From NCBI GenBank assembly GCA_009908855.1, contig JAAAOM010000033.1, positions 7,200 to 71,199 of the forward strand: 64,000 nucleotides of DNA, in the 5' to 3' direction. Source of the stretch: Bacteroidota bacterium (lineage in GTDB: Bacteria; Bacteroidota; Bacteroidia; Bacteroidales; JAAAOM01). The notes beneath the pieces are model-generated. The model saw only the letters and a list, made by a program, of their open reading frames with translations. It had not been told where the DNA came from and searched no databases. This document shows, piece after piece, positions 26,709 through 37,373 of the stretch; position 1 is the first letter of the stretch, and each line of letters starts with the position of its first letter. The position numbers and the translations under genes were made by a program.

Positions 26709-28250
26709 TTAAAAAGGCGGGTTATCATCAAATCCCGTGTTGAAATTCAGGTCATTATTCCCAAAACCACCATCGTTGGATTGATCTTCGTTCATTTTAG
26801 AACCTACCGTGAATGATTGTACGGCCTGGCTGTCATCAAAATCATCGAGTGGTGCAATTTCATCATCTTCCAGGTCGGTAAACTTGGCCTGCTCATCTTT
26901 GAAACGCAGCACAACATCACCAATAGCGCCGTTACGGTGTTTGGCCAGAATAATATAAGCCAGTCCCTGCAACGAATTGCCATTTTCATCTTCCAAAAAG
27001 CCGTATTTCTCAGGCCGGTGGATAAAGGTTACCATATCAGCATCCTGCTCAATGGCGCCTGATTCGCGTAAATCGGATAATTGCGGACGCTTGTCCCCGC
27101 CCCTCACTTCAACCGAGCGGTTAAGTTGCGACAAGGCTATTACCGGCACATTCATTTCTTTGGCAATACCTTTCAGCGAACGGGAAATCGTACTTACCTC
27201 CTGCTCTCGATTACCACGGGTTTCAGGTGTGCCGGTCATAAGCTGCAGGTAATCGATAATCACAATATCAATGGTATGTTGTCGTATTAACCGACGCAGT
27301 TTGGCACGCAGCTCAAAAATGGAGATACCCGGCGTATCATCAATATAAATAGGCGCATCTTCCAATACCTGTACTTTGTGTTCAAGCATTTGCCATTCAA
27401 AATCTTCCAGTTTACCATTGCGTATTTTTTCAGATCCTATGCCTGTTTCAGCCACAATTAAACGATTAACCAATTGAATGGATGACATTTCCAGGGAAAA
27501 AACAGCCACCCCCCGGTTATGCTCAACGGCCATGTTACGGGCCATGGATAATACAAAAGCTGTTTTACCCATAGATGGACGGGCGGCCACGATTACCAGG
27601 TCAGAGGGTTGCCATCCACTGGTCATACGGTCCAGCTTGGTAAATCCCGATGGCACACCGCTCAGGCTATCCTCACGTTTACTGGCCTCCTCTATTTGCT
27701 GAATAGCTTCTTTGAGTATTGAATTCAGTTTCGATGTTTGTTTCTTAATGTTTCCTTCAGCGATGTTAAAAAGTTCACCTTCCGAAAAATCCAGTAAATC
27801 ATTCACATCAATACTATCATCAAATGCCCGACTTTGTATCTCTGAAGCAACCCTGATCAATTCACGCTGAATATGTTTTTGGGCAACAATTCGCGCATGG
27901 AAATCGATATGCGCCGCAGAGGCCACTTTGTTTGAAAGTTGGGTAATGTACACCGGTCCGCCAATCTCATCAAGCTCTTCACTTTTGCGCAATTCCTCAG
28001 TTACCGTTAAAATATCGATGGGCCTGTCCTGGCTGGCCAATCTAATAATGCCCTTAAAAATTTTTTGATGCGTTTGGTTATAAAAACTCTCCGCCACCAA
28101 AATATCCAACACATCGTAAACCGCATTTTTTTCAAGCATCAGCGCCCCCAAAACAGCCTCTTCCATGTCAATTGCCTGGGGTGGCATTTTGCCAAAATCA
28201 AGATTTACAGGATTTATCGCCGGCTTATTTGTTGGATTTGTTCGCGCCAT
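26709..28250 (-). CDS. dnaB: Replicative DNA helicase
   Basis: AARPSMGKT, FSLEM, IDYLQLM, LSQLNR, SDLRESGAIEQDAD, AKHRNG; no intein. Confidence 0.98.
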   Translation of the reverse strand: MARTNPTNKPAINPVNLDFGKMPPQAIDMEEAVLGALMLEKNAVYDVLDILVAESFYNQTHQKIFKGIIRLASQDRPIDILTVTEELRKSEELDEIGGPVYITQLSNKVASAAHIDFHARIVAQKHIQRELIRVASEIQSRAFDDSIDVNDLLDFSEGELFNIAEGNIKKQTSKLNSILKEAIQQIEEASKREDSLSGVPSGFTKLDRMTSGWQPSDLVIVAARPSMGKTAFVLSMARNMAVEHNRGVAVFSLEMSSIQLVNRLIVAETGIGSEKIRNGKLEDFEWQMLEHKVQVLEDAPIYIDDTPGISIFELRAKLRRLIRQHTIDIVIIDYLQLMTGTPETRGNREQEVSTISRSLKGIAKEMNVPVIALSQLNRSVEVRGGDKRPQLSDLRESGAIEQDADMVTFIHRPEKYGFLEDENGNSLQGLAYIILAKHRNGAIGDVVLRFKDEQAKFTDLEDDEIAPLDDFDDSQAVQSFTVGSKMNEDQSNDGGFGNNDLNFNTGFDDNPPF

Positions 28251-28390
28251 ATCAGTGATTTTATAAAGAGCCTCAAAAGTAGTTATAAACCTACCCTACA
28301 TGCAATTTATTTGCCGGTTTAATGTTCACAATATATAAAGTGTTATTATGAACAAATTGTTGATAAAATATTTACACCAAAAAATGACTT

Positions 28391-28978
28391 CTAACGCATC
28401 CCGATTAATTTATGCAGCTGCAAACTCAGGCGCCAGCGATTATTGCTGTGCTTATTCATTTGTGCAACCAAGCGCATACTGTCTTCTATGTTCATTATGC
28501 CGTTTTCTTCAAGCGGACTGATAAAATGATCTGTGGCCTGTATTTTGGTTTCAAGAGATGACAAATAGTCAACATTAAGTTTATCATTTACTACGCGCAA
28601 TTCATCGGCATAAAACTGGTTTATATGCTTTTTGGGTGAAACGGTTATGTAATCAATTTGTCCGTTGTATCGTTCCAGACTGATGGTGCCATTGGTTTCG
28701 ATGGCAATCCAATAGGCTTTTGCTTTGAGTGCATTTAAAAGTTCGTTTAATGGCTGGGCGCTTGGTTCACCACCGGTTAGTAATATCGATTGACAGGGAT
28801 ATTTGGCTATTTCCTCCATAATTTCTTCAACTGTATATTCGGTATAAGGGTGATAATTGGTATCGCACCAAACACAGGATAAATTACAACCGGCCAGGCG
28901 AATAAAAATAACTTCTTTTCCCTGATTAAAACCCTCACCCTGCAGACTGAAAAATATTTCGTTTACTCTATACTTCAT
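28391..28978 (-). CDS. queE: 7-carboxy-7-deazaguanine synthase (radical SAM)
   Basis: EIFFSLQGEG, GCNLSCVWCDT, LTGGEP, IETNGT, SLQLHK. Confidence 0.95.
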   Translation of the reverse strand: MKYRVNEIFFSLQGEGFNQGKEVIFIRLAGCNLSCVWCDTNYHPYTEYTVEEIMEEIAKYPCQSILLTGGEPSAQPLNELLNALKAKAYWIAIETNGTISLERYNGQIDYITVSPKKHINQFYADELRVVNDKLNVDYLSSLETKIQATDHFISPLEENGIMNIEDSMRLVAQMNKHSNNRWRLSLQLHKLIGMR

Positions 28979-29297
28979 AAATAGCAACGTTTCCCTGGCT
29001 TTCCTGTACTTTTACTTTATAGCAGTTGGTTATTTGTTGGCATATCCATTGGGCAATATTTTCAGCAGTGGTATTCACGGGCAATACCTTGTTCAGGTCT
29101 TTATGATCCAGCTTGTCTTTAATATTATGCTTTATTTCCGAAAAGTCGACTACCATTCCGTTATGATTCAGTTTGTCGCTTTTACAATATATGGTGATCA
29201 GCCAGTTATGCCCATGGGGTTCGGTACATTTACTTTCGTAGTCCAGTATTAAATGGTGGCTGGCAGATATTTCGAATGTTTTTTCGATGTAAAACAT
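28968..29297 (-). CDS. queD: 6-carboxytetrahydropterin synthase
   Basis: SASH, CTEPHGHNW, GMVVDF, LDHKDLN, TAENIA. Confidence 0.95.
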   Translation of the reverse strand: MFYIEKTFEISASHHLILDYESKCTEPHGHNWLITIYCKSDKLNHNGMVVDFSEIKHNIKDKLDHKDLNKVLPVNTTAENIAQWICQQITNCYKVKVQESQGNVAIYEV

Positions 29298-29308
29298 GGT
29301 GAATGGTA

Positions 29309-29992
29309 TTAAATTTTGTTTTCATATTCCAATGGGTCCGGGTATCCTGCTTTCTCAAAAGCCTGCAATCGCAATTGACAACTGTCGCAAGTACCGCAAG
29401 GTTTATCATCGCCGCGATAACAGCTCCAGGTTAGGCCATAGTCCACACCCAGACGTATACCCAGCGTTATTTCCTGGTCTTTATTTTTATACATAAAAGG
29501 TGCATGTATACGGATGGGTTTATTATCCTCTACCGCACAAACTGTTCCTTTGTTAATCGCAGCCTGCATGGCATCAATAAATTCTTTACGGCAATCAACA
29601 TATCCCGAGTAATCGACCTGGCTTATTCCTGTAAAAATATCATAAGCCCCGATGGCCTCGGCGTATGAGGTAGCGATGGATAGAAATATCATATTCCGGG
29701 CAGGCACGTATGTAACAGGGATATCTTTATGATCTGCTCTGTAATCAGGTACATTAATGGATGTATCCGTTAACGCAGAGCCTCCCCAGGCCGATATATC
29801 AATTGAAATAATTTGATGATTGGAAATATTCAGTTTATGAATTGTCTTTTCAGCAACATCCAGTTCCCGGCTGTGCCGCTGGCCGTAGCGAAACGATATG
29901 GCATGAACATCATATCCTTTTGAGCGGGCCAGGTATAATACGGTTGTAGAGTCTAATCCTCCTGAAAAAAGTACAACTGCTTTTGGTGCCAT
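29309..29992 (-). CDS. queC: 7-cyano-7-deazaguanine synthase
   Basis: [25 protein letters not shown]...CGTCDSC; alternative start at 30022. Confidence 0.97.
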   Translation of the reverse strand: MAPKAVVLFSGGLDSTTVLYLARSKGYDVHAISFRYGQRHSRELDVAEKTIHKLNISNHQIISIDISAWGGSALTDTSINVPDYRADHKDIPVTYVPARNMIFLSIATSYAEAIGAYDIFTGISQVDYSGYVDCRKEFIDAMQAAINKGTVCAVEDNKPIRIHAPFMYKNKDQEITLGIRLGVDYGLTWSCYRGDDKPCGTCDSCQLRLQAFEKAGYPDPLEYENKI

Positions 29993-30094
29993 TTTCTCCG
30001 GTTTAATCAGGTAATATCCCATACTTCAATTCAAAACCGGGGAAAAGATTTAAGAGAAAGTAAATCCTTTCATGTGCCATACACATCTCTCGGC

Positions 30095-30135
30095 CCTAGT
30101 TTTGTTTATAGACAGGATGGGATTTCGAACTGTCT
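30095..30135 (-). promoter_or_regulatory. preQ1-I riboswitch
   Basis: Minus strand AGACAG-TTCGAAATCCCATC-CTGTCT-ATAAACAAAACTAGG (P1 stem plus A-rich tail) upstream of queC; TAACTTTG -7 box at 30152-30145. Confidence 0.85.
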
Positions 30136-30183
30136 TTTATGTGGCAAAGTTAATCATTTAACTGACTTAACGACAATACTGAT

Positions 30184-30642
30184 TTAGTTGACCACAATTT
30201 TTTCAATGTATAATACTTTGGTGTCATCAACAATTTCTAACATATATATGCCTTCACGGGTTAACAGGTTAGAGAATGAATTGGTTGATCCGGATTTTAG
30301 CGGTCGGGAAATCAGTTTATTGCCATCCAGACAAAAAACTAATAATCGGGCTTTTTTCAGCCGACCTTTAAGAGTAACATCTACATTTCCGGTTGATAAG
30401 TCGGATTGAACAGACAATTGTTCCGGTCCAATGTGATTATTATTAGGATTTAGTTTTTTCACTGCTTTCTTATTAACAGGTGTTAACTGGTTAGCCGAAT
30501 TCATATCAGCATCACCGGCAGCAGTACTTTCGATAAATGTTTGTGCATTAATCGTTAATACACAACATAATAAGAGAAGTAAGGGGAATACATTCTTTTT
30601 AAAAGAAATAGGGGCTTGATAAACAGGTTTTTTTTTAGTCAT
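30184..30642 (-). CDS. Small secreted protein consisting mostly of a T9SS-like C-terminal domain
   Basis: Signal peptide (LLLLCCVLTINA-Q); C-terminus GIYMLEI...EKIVVN; start MTKKK chosen. Confidence 0.65.
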   Translation of the reverse strand: MTKKKPVYQAPISFKKNVFPLLLLLCCVLTINAQTFIESTAAGDADMNSANQLTPVNKKAVKKLNPNNNHIGPEQLSVQSDLSTGNVDVTLKGRLKKARLLVFCLDGNKLISRPLKSGSTNSFSNLLTREGIYMLEIVDDTKVLYIEKIVVN

Positions 30643-31303
30643 AGGTTCAAAATAACTACAGCTCAAACAAATAATGTAGTAAAAGAGTTCAAAGAATATT
30701 CCTATTGAGGTGCAAAAATTGAAAAAAAACAAGGAAATATGGGGCACAACTACAGCAGGAAAAAATGGATAACTAAAATGACGTCACATACCAGATTTAA
30801 TCCCGGAAATCTATTTTTAAAGATAAAGTAAACCACTATCAGTATGATAAAAATTTCAGTGAAAATAGAACAAATGACGGGCTGGTTACAATGAGTTTCG
30901 GCCAGTTTCACAAATATCTTACTGTAAGGGAGATCGCACCAGGCATTAGTGTCACTACAAAGTTTTTAAGGGGCATCAAACTCCAACAAATCCCGGCAGG
31001 GTCATCCATGAGCAAAGGCAATGAGAAGCAGGACTACCGGGTGTTCGGGTTTATATTCAATCAGTAGTTGAAATATTTAATGACCTATTATAAAAGACAT
31101 GATAACTACCAGGTCATAAAGGAAATAGTAGGAAAATTAGATATAAGATAAAATGTTCAAGCATTTTAGGCTAAGATATAAATTTCTTATCCCTGGTTTT
31201 TAGGTTTTTAAGTTTTAAGATCATTATCTATTAAGTAATGTTCGGACAGATATGAATATAAATACAACAATTGAATTAAATTAGTTGCAGTATATACAAA
31301 GCA

Positions 31304-31333
31304 AACCCCGGAACAAACTAATGTGCCGGGGTT
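31304..31333 (-). terminator. Probable terminator
   Basis: AACCCCGG / CCGGGGTT dyad ~20 bp after the biotin-carrier stop. Confidence 0.65.
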
Positions 31334-31355
31334 CCATATTCAATTGTGAACATAC

Positions 31356-31739
31356 CTATTCATATTCGATAAGCATCGCACCTTTGGAGATTCTGTCGCC
31401 GGTGGCTACATGAATTTTCTTTACCTTTCCATCATAAGGAAACATAATGCGATTCTGCATTTTCATTGCTTCCAGGATCAACATTTCATCACCTTCTTTT
31501 ACTTCCTGACCTTCAGCAACAAAAATTTTCTGTATCGTTCCCGGAATTAAGGCATTCACTTGTTTACGATTGGGTAGTTCCCATTTTTTTCTTTTTTCAT
31601 ATTTGGTAGTGAGCCTGGTTTTATATTTTGTTCCATTCACTACCAGATTTTTACAACGTATGTTACCCTTCCCACATTCGCTCTCAATGGTTTTATTGCT
31701 CACAGTGGTTACAGGTTGTTCTAATGTTTGTGTACTCAT
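31356..31739 (-). CDS. Biotin carboxyl carrier (biotin/lipoyl-binding) protein
   Basis: ILEAMKMQN biotinylation motif. Confidence 0.93.
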   Translation of the reverse strand: MSTQTLEQPVTTVSNKTIESECGKGNIRCKNLVVNGTKYKTRLTTKYEKRKKWELPNRKQVNALIPGTIQKIFVAEGQEVKEGDEMLILEAMKMQNRIMFPYDGKVKKIHVATGDRISKGAMLIEYE

Positions 31740-31751
31740 AAGTTATACAAT

Positions 31752-33296
31752 TTAGAATGGAGGTATACCATGTTTTTTTCTGGGCATAGATATTTGCTTC
31801 TGTTTAGAAACGTCAATACAATGAAGCAGTACTTTTCGTGTTTCTTCCGGTTCTATTACCGAATCGATGTATCCCTTAGCTGCTGCTACATAGGGGTTTG
31901 CAAATTTTTCTTTATATTCCTTTACTTTTTGTTTACGCATTTTTTCAGGGTCTTCGGCAGTCGTAATTTCTTTGCGGAAAATTATATTGGCAGCTCCTTC
32001 AGGCCCCATCACTGCAATTTCGGCAGATGGCCATGCAAAAACAAAATCAGCCCGCAGGTGTCTTGATCCCATAGCAATATAACCACCACCATAAGCCTTA
32101 CGAACAATAACCGTAACCTTAGGAACAGTAGCTTCGCTATAGGCATATAATACTTTAGCTCCGTGGCGAATCACGCCGGCATGCTCCTGATCAACACCCG
32201 GTAAATAACCTGGTAAATCTACCAGGGTTACAATGGGTATATTAAATGAATCGCAGTAACGTATAAAACGGGCTGCCTTATCCGATGAATCAACATCCAA
32301 AACGCCGGCAAGCACCAACGGTTGATTACAAACGAACCCAACCGTTTCGCCATTCATACGACCAAAACCGATTACCATATTAGACGCCCATAATTCCTGA
32401 ACTTCAAAGAAATCAGAATTATCAACGAGTCCGCGAATTACATTTCGAATATCATAAGGTTGCGTAGGATCACCCGGTACAATATTCTCAACCTTGAATT
32501 CCGGCTTGGGGTCTTTGGGTGCATACACTTTTGATTTTTTATCGTTATTGGGTGGTATAAAGGACAGCAAGCTCTTGATCTGTTCAAAACAATCCTTTTC
32601 ATTTTCGGCAAAAAAATGTGCATTCCCGGTCATTTCACTCTGCACCCGTGCACCCCCAAGTTCTTCCATAGAAATTTCTTCGCCGATAACGGTTTTAATA
32701 ACTTCAGGTCCGGTGATAAACATTTTAGAGATGTTGTCCACCACAAACACAAAATCTGTTAAAGCCGGTGAATACACCGCTCCCCCGGCGCATGGGCCAA
32801 GTATAACGGATATTTGCGGTATTACACCAGACGAAATTGTATTTCGAAAGAAAATTTCACCATATCCGGCCAAAGAATTAACGCCCTCTTGTATGCGTGC
32901 ACCACCGGAATCATTAATTCCAATCAAAGGCATTTTCATTTTCAGGGCATGGTCCATGATTTTGGTGATTTTACGGGCATGCATACTCCCCAGTGATCCG
33001 CCTGCAACAGTAAAGTCCTGTGCAAAAATACATACCGGACAATAGTCAATTGTTCCGGTTCCGATAATAACGCCATCTCCATGCAATTTCTTCTTATCCA
33101 TATTGAAATCACGTGCGTCATGCTCAACAAATAAATCATATTCGTTGAAGGAGTCTTCATCCAAAATAGAAAGAATTCTTTCACGGGCTGTTAGTTTACC
33201 CATGGCCATTTGTTTTTCAATGGCCTTTTCACCTCCCCCCATCTGAACTTCTTCTCTTTTTTTCTTAAGCTCCTGGATTTTTCTCTTTAAAGGCAT
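31752..33296 (-). CDS. Acyl-CoA carboxylase carboxyltransferase subunit (PccB/MmdA family)
   Basis: GKLTARERI, DSGGARIQEG, GPCAGGAVYSPALTD, RKAYGG, KKHGIPPF. Confidence 0.95.
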   Translation of the reverse strand: MPLKRKIQELKKKREEVQMGGGEKAIEKQMAMGKLTARERILSILDEDSFNEYDLFVEHDARDFNMDKKKLHGDGVIIGTGTIDYCPVCIFAQDFTVAGGSLGSMHARKITKIMDHALKMKMPLIGINDSGGARIQEGVNSLAGYGEIFFRNTISSGVIPQISVILGPCAGGAVYSPALTDFVFVVDNISKMFITGPEVIKTVIGEEISMEELGGARVQSEMTGNAHFFAENEKDCFEQIKSLLSFIPPNNDKKSKVYAPKDPKPEFKVENIVPGDPTQPYDIRNVIRGLVDNSDFFEVQELWASNMVIGFGRMNGETVGFVCNQPLVLAGVLDVDSSDKAARFIRYCDSFNIPIVTLVDLPGYLPGVDQEHAGVIRHGAKVLYAYSEATVPKVTVIVRKAYGGGYIAMGSRHLRADFVFAWPSAEIAVMGPEGAANIIFRKEITTAEDPEKMRKQKVKEYKEKFANPYVAAAKGYIDSVIEPEETRKVLLHCIDVSKQKQISMPRKKHGIPPF

Positions 33297-33498
33297 AACA
33301 TGTCAATTAAATGATTTTAAGCTACTGAATAATATGACTTTTATATCCCCCTGTCAAATTATTATGACTACAACGTTACGAAAACAAAACAATTTTTAAA
33401 AATTTTTTAAATAACTATATGAGTATTCCAAAATTAAAATATTGTACATCAACAAATTGAAAATTAAAGATTGATCAAATCTAAATAATATCAAAAGT

Positions 33499-34593
33499 CT
33501 ACTTTGGTGCCAATTTGTACAGTATTATTGCCACAAAGGTAAAAATAATATTGGGCGTCCAGACTGCCAGCATAGGACTAAAAGCCCCGCTAATAGCAAA
33601 TTGTGTTGAAAATTGCATAAACAGAATATATGTAAAGCCAATTAACATCCCCAGGCCTATATGCATACCGATACCACCCCTTACTTTACGGGATGAAACG
33701 GATACACCAATAACCGTGAGAATGAATGTTGAAAAAGGAAAGGCAAACCGTTTGTATTTCTCCACCAAATAGGCCGGTATATTTGGTGATCCCTGCATGC
33801 GTTGTTCGTCGATAAAATCATTCAACTCACCCAGGCTCATGGATTCAATTACATTATCCCGTCGTTTAAACTCTTCGGGATGCATATTTAAGGTTGTGTC
33901 AATATTTCTGCCCAGCGTTAATTTTTGTTCGCCCCCGGGAAGATAATCCCTTATCCAATAATTGTATATTTTCCATTTGTTAGTTGTTGTATCCCAACGA
34001 ATATAATCGCTCAGCAATTTCGACTTCAGATTACCATTCTCAAAATATTCCATGGAGAATTTATATCCGGTATTGCTGGCTGTGCTGTAATTATCCATAT
34101 ACACAAAAAGACCGGGTTCAATTTGTTTATGAATATGCTTTTCGGTAAACCGGCGTGGTGATGAATGATAATATCTTTCCTCAAATTCAAATCGCTTTTC
34201 ATTGGCATGCGGAATGGCATAATTATTCAGGATGATGGCCATAATGGTAATCACTGTAGCGGATACAAAATAGGGAACCAACATGCGTCTGAAACTAATG
34301 CCATTGCTAAGAATCGCAATAATTTCGGTGTTATAGGCCATTTTTGAAGTAAAGAAGATAACTGAAATAAGTGTAAACAAAGAGCTAAATAATACCGCAA
34401 AATAGGGTATAAAATTCAGGTAATAATCGCGTAAAATAGCTTCTAACGGGGCACTGTTTTCCATGAAATCATCGATTTTTTCAGAAAAATCGAAAATGAT
34501 GGCTATACCAATAATGAGTATAATGGCAAAAAAGAATGTCCCCAAAAACTTTTTTACAATAAATACGTCCAGTCTTTTAATTCCCCGGTTCAT
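33499..34593 (-). CDS. LptF/LptG family LPS export permease
   Basis: 3+3 TM layout; EIIAILSNGISFRR; WTPNIIF; directly downstream of tgt. Confidence 0.92.
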   Translation of the reverse strand: MNRGIKRLDVFIVKKFLGTFFFAIILIIGIAIIFDFSEKIDDFMENSAPLEAILRDYYLNFIPYFAVLFSSLFTLISVIFFTSKMAYNTEIIAILSNGISFRRMLVPYFVSATVITIMAIILNNYAIPHANEKRFEFEERYYHSSPRRFTEKHIHKQIEPGLFVYMDNYSTASNTGYKFSMEYFENGNLKSKLLSDYIRWDTTTNKWKIYNYWIRDYLPGGEQKLTLGRNIDTTLNMHPEEFKRRDNVIESMSLGELNDFIDEQRMQGSPNIPAYLVEKYKRFAFPFSTFILTVIGVSVSSRKVRGGIGMHIGLGMLIGFTYILFMQFSTQFAISGAFSPMLAVWTPNIIFTFVAIILYKLAPK

Positions 34594-34638
34594 CCCAAAC
34601 TTATTATAAATTTTTCTTTCATGGCCAAATTTAGCATG

Positions 34639-35775
34639 TTACAGGCGGTTTTCAAGCTTAGGAATCATTTTATGCTTCCAATCCTCAAAAATTCCGGCTT
34701 TAATTTTTTCCCTGGCTGTTTTTACCAATTTCAAATAGAATCCCAAATTATGCACACTGGCAATTTGTGCACCCAACATTTCATTCGAAACCACCAGGTG
34801 TCGCAAATAGGCTTTTGAGAAATGGTCAACAAAGGTTGTACCATTCGTATCTATGGGCGTAAAATCACGCATCCACTTTTTATTCTTTATGTTTATAATG
34901 CCGTCTGCGGTAAATAACATTCCGTTTCTTCCGTTACGTGTAGGCATTACACAGTCAAACATATCTGTTCCCATTGATATGGCTTCCAAAATATTAGCCG
35001 GTGTACCAACCCCCATTAAATAACGCGGTTTATTGTCCGGTAATATTTCATTCACAATTTTTAACATGGCATACATATCGTTAATGGGTTCTCCGACTGA
35101 TAACCCGCCAATGGCATTTCCTTCCAGCTCCATAGAAGCTATAAACTCGGCTGATTGTGTTCTTAAATCGGGATATACACTACCCTGCACAATCGGAAAC
35201 AGAAATTGCCTGTGTCCATAAATATCAGCAGTATTCTTAAACTGATTGATGCACCTTTGTAACCATCGGTGCGTAAGCTCCATGGAGGTAATAGCTTCTT
35301 TTTTACCACAAGGAAAAGGTGTGCACTCATCAAATGCCATGATAATATCAGCACCTATTATGCGTTGGATATCAATAACATTTTCAGGGGTAAAAACATG
35401 CCTTGAACCATCAATATGAGATTGAAAATAGGCGCCCTCTTCTTTTAATTTACGATTATCAGACAATGAAAAAACCTGATACCCGCCACTGTCGGTTAAT
35501 ATCGGTTTATCCCAATGCATGAAGCGATGTAAACCACCGGCTTCTTCCATCACCTCCATACCCGGGCGTAAAAATAAATGGTAAGTATTACCCAAAATGA
35601 TTTGCGCTTCTATATCCTGCTCCAAATCGCGGTGATGTACACCTTTCACTCCGCCTAATGTTCCCACAGGCATAAAGATTGGTGTTTCTATTTCTCCATG
35701 CCCGGTACTAAAAACCCCGGTTCGTGCAGGGGATTTATCATCAGTAGCCAGTATATTAAAATATGAATTGTTCAT
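34639..35775 (-). CDS. tgt: tRNA-guanine(34) transglycosylase
   Basis: TPIFMPVGT, LGNTYHL, TDSGGYQVFSL, GGLSVGE, PRYLMGVG, DMFDCVMPTRNGRNG. Confidence 0.98.
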   Translation of the reverse strand: MNNSYFNILATDDKSPARTGVFSTGHGEIETPIFMPVGTLGGVKGVHHRDLEQDIEAQIILGNTYHLFLRPGMEVMEEAGGLHRFMHWDKPILTDSGGYQVFSLSDNRKLKEEGAYFQSHIDGSRHVFTPENVIDIQRIIGADIIMAFDECTPFPCGKKEAITSMELTHRWLQRCINQFKNTADIYGHRQFLFPIVQGSVYPDLRTQSAEFIASMELEGNAIGGLSVGEPINDMYAMLKIVNEILPDNKPRYLMGVGTPANILEAISMGTDMFDCVMPTRNGRNGMLFTADGIINIKNKKWMRDFTPIDTNGTTFVDHFSKAYLRHLVVSNEMLGAQIASVHNLGFYLKLVKTAREKIKAGIFEDWKHKMIPKLENRL

Positions 35776-36043
35776 TTCGCCGGCAAATATACCCTAAATT
35801 AGCAAATCCTCCACTTGTATGAAGCATAAAACCAATTGGGATAGCCTGTTTAGATTTCGCCACCAGCAAGGAATACGCCAAATTATGAAAATCATGCTCT
35901 GTTGATTTTAGGTATACTTCCAATGCATCAAACAATTATCAGCGATATTACCTCATATATTGAGTGAATGAGTTGTGAATAAGTTTTTAGGTTATTGGCA
36001 CCAGGATTTTGTTCGGTATCAAAACATTTAATAAACTTGTATA

Positions 36044-36206
36044 AATGTCGTTACGGTCAAAAAATTTGTCACAACTACCCTTTTACCTGCCTAAAGGGCG
36101 CAGTGCAAAGACCACCCTTAAAGAGTCGCCCCGCCCACATAAAGTGGAAGGATTAAGGGCGTTGGCAAAAATTTTAATTATAGACAATCCTTAACTGAAC
36201 GACATT
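36044..36206. mobile_element. Degenerate MITE/REP-like element
   Basis: Terminal inverted repeats AATGTCGTT / AACGACATT extending imperfectly ~25 bp inward; GC-richer interior with CCCT/AGGG dyads. Confidence 0.55.
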
Positions 36207-36230
36207 ACAATGTGTATCTAAATAAGATGA

Positions 36231-37373
36231 ATGGAGATTTACTACCAAAATATACTTCGTGATCCAAATCAGTTCTTACTGACTTTGTTTACGCTTTTTG
36301 CATTTTTCCAACTGCTATATTATTTTTTTTTATACACCAGGTTGGCCTTTAAGAAAATAAGTAATGACCTGCCCAATAATTTTCCGCCGATATCGGTAAT
36401 CATTTGTGCAAAAAATGAGGCGGAAAATCTTGGGCTTCATCTGCCCAAGGTGCTCACACAGGATTACCCGGATTTTGAAGTTATTGTTGTTGATGATTGC
36501 TCGGAGGACGAAACAGACATGGTATTGGCTGATCATAAAAAGCAGTTTTCGCATTTAAAAATCACCTCCATTTCACCGGACCGAAAATTCACCCATGGTA
36601 AAAAACTGGCCATTACCGTTGGTATAAAGGCAGCTACCCACGAATGGCTTGTATTTACGGATGCAGATTGTTACCCGTTATCAGATCAATGGCTTCGGTA
36701 TCTGGCCCGTAATTTCGATGAAAAAACACAAATCGTACTGGGTTACAGTGGTTTTCAGCCAAGAGCCACCCTGTTGAATAACTATATTCGTTTCGATGCG
36801 TTTTTTATTGCCCTCCAATACCTTAGCTACGCCTTAAACAGAAATCCTTATATGGGAGTTGGCAGAAACCTGGCTTATCGAAAATCTTTGTTTTTCAAAC
36901 ATAAAGGATTTGCCAAACATTATCATATTTTATCAGGTGATGACGACCTGTTTGTAAATGAAAATGCCACAAAAGATAATACAAAGGTTGAGATACATCC
37001 GAAAAGTTTTACCCGCTCTGAAATGAAACCAACATTCAGAGAATTTTTCAAACAAAAAATGCGGCACTTTAGCACCTATAAATTATATAAACCGAAACAT
37101 AAATATTTGCTGGTAACAGAACTGCTTACACGTCTTGGCTTTTACGGCTGTTTCGTGTATTTAATGACAATGAATTTATTTGTGTACGAAGTGTTAATTA
37201 TTTTTAGCATAAGGTTTTTCATTCAATTTATTATTTTTACCACTTCACAAATGAAACTAAAAGAAAAACATATTTGGCCCACATCGCCAATTTTTGATGT
37301 TATATCTTTGTTTATTAATTTTGGAATTGATCTGAATAAACGACTTAGAACAGGAAGAGGACAATGGCAGTAA
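36231..37373 (+). CDS. Membrane glycosyltransferase family 2
   Basis: SVIICAKNE, VVDDCSED, GKKLA, FTDAD, SGDDDL, QKMRH. Confidence 0.92.
   Translation: MEIYYQNILRDPNQFLLTLFTLFAFFQLLYYFFLYTRLAFKKISNDLPNNFPPISVIICAKNEAENLGLHLPKVLTQDYPDFEVIVVDDCSEDETDMVLADHKKQFSHLKITSISPDRKFTHGKKLAITVGIKAATHEWLVFTDADCYPLSDQWLRYLARNFDEKTQIVLGYSGFQPRATLLNNYIRFDAFFIALQYLSYALNRNPYMGVGRNLAYRKSLFFKHKGFAKHYHILSGDDDLFVNENATKDNTKVEIHPKSFTRSEMKPTFREFFKQKMRHFSTYKLYKPKHKYLLVTELLTRLGFYGCFVYLMTMNLFVYEVLIIFSIRFFIQFIIFTTSQMKLKEKHIWPTSPIFDVISLFINFGIDLNKRLRTGRGQWQ

Noticed and set aside
26709-28250. Intein in DnaB
   Set aside because: The length and motif spacing are normal and there is no insertion.
30750-31290. Possible ncRNA in the long intergenic region
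   Set aside because: No recognisable motif, repeat or convincing stem was found by eye; left uncalled.
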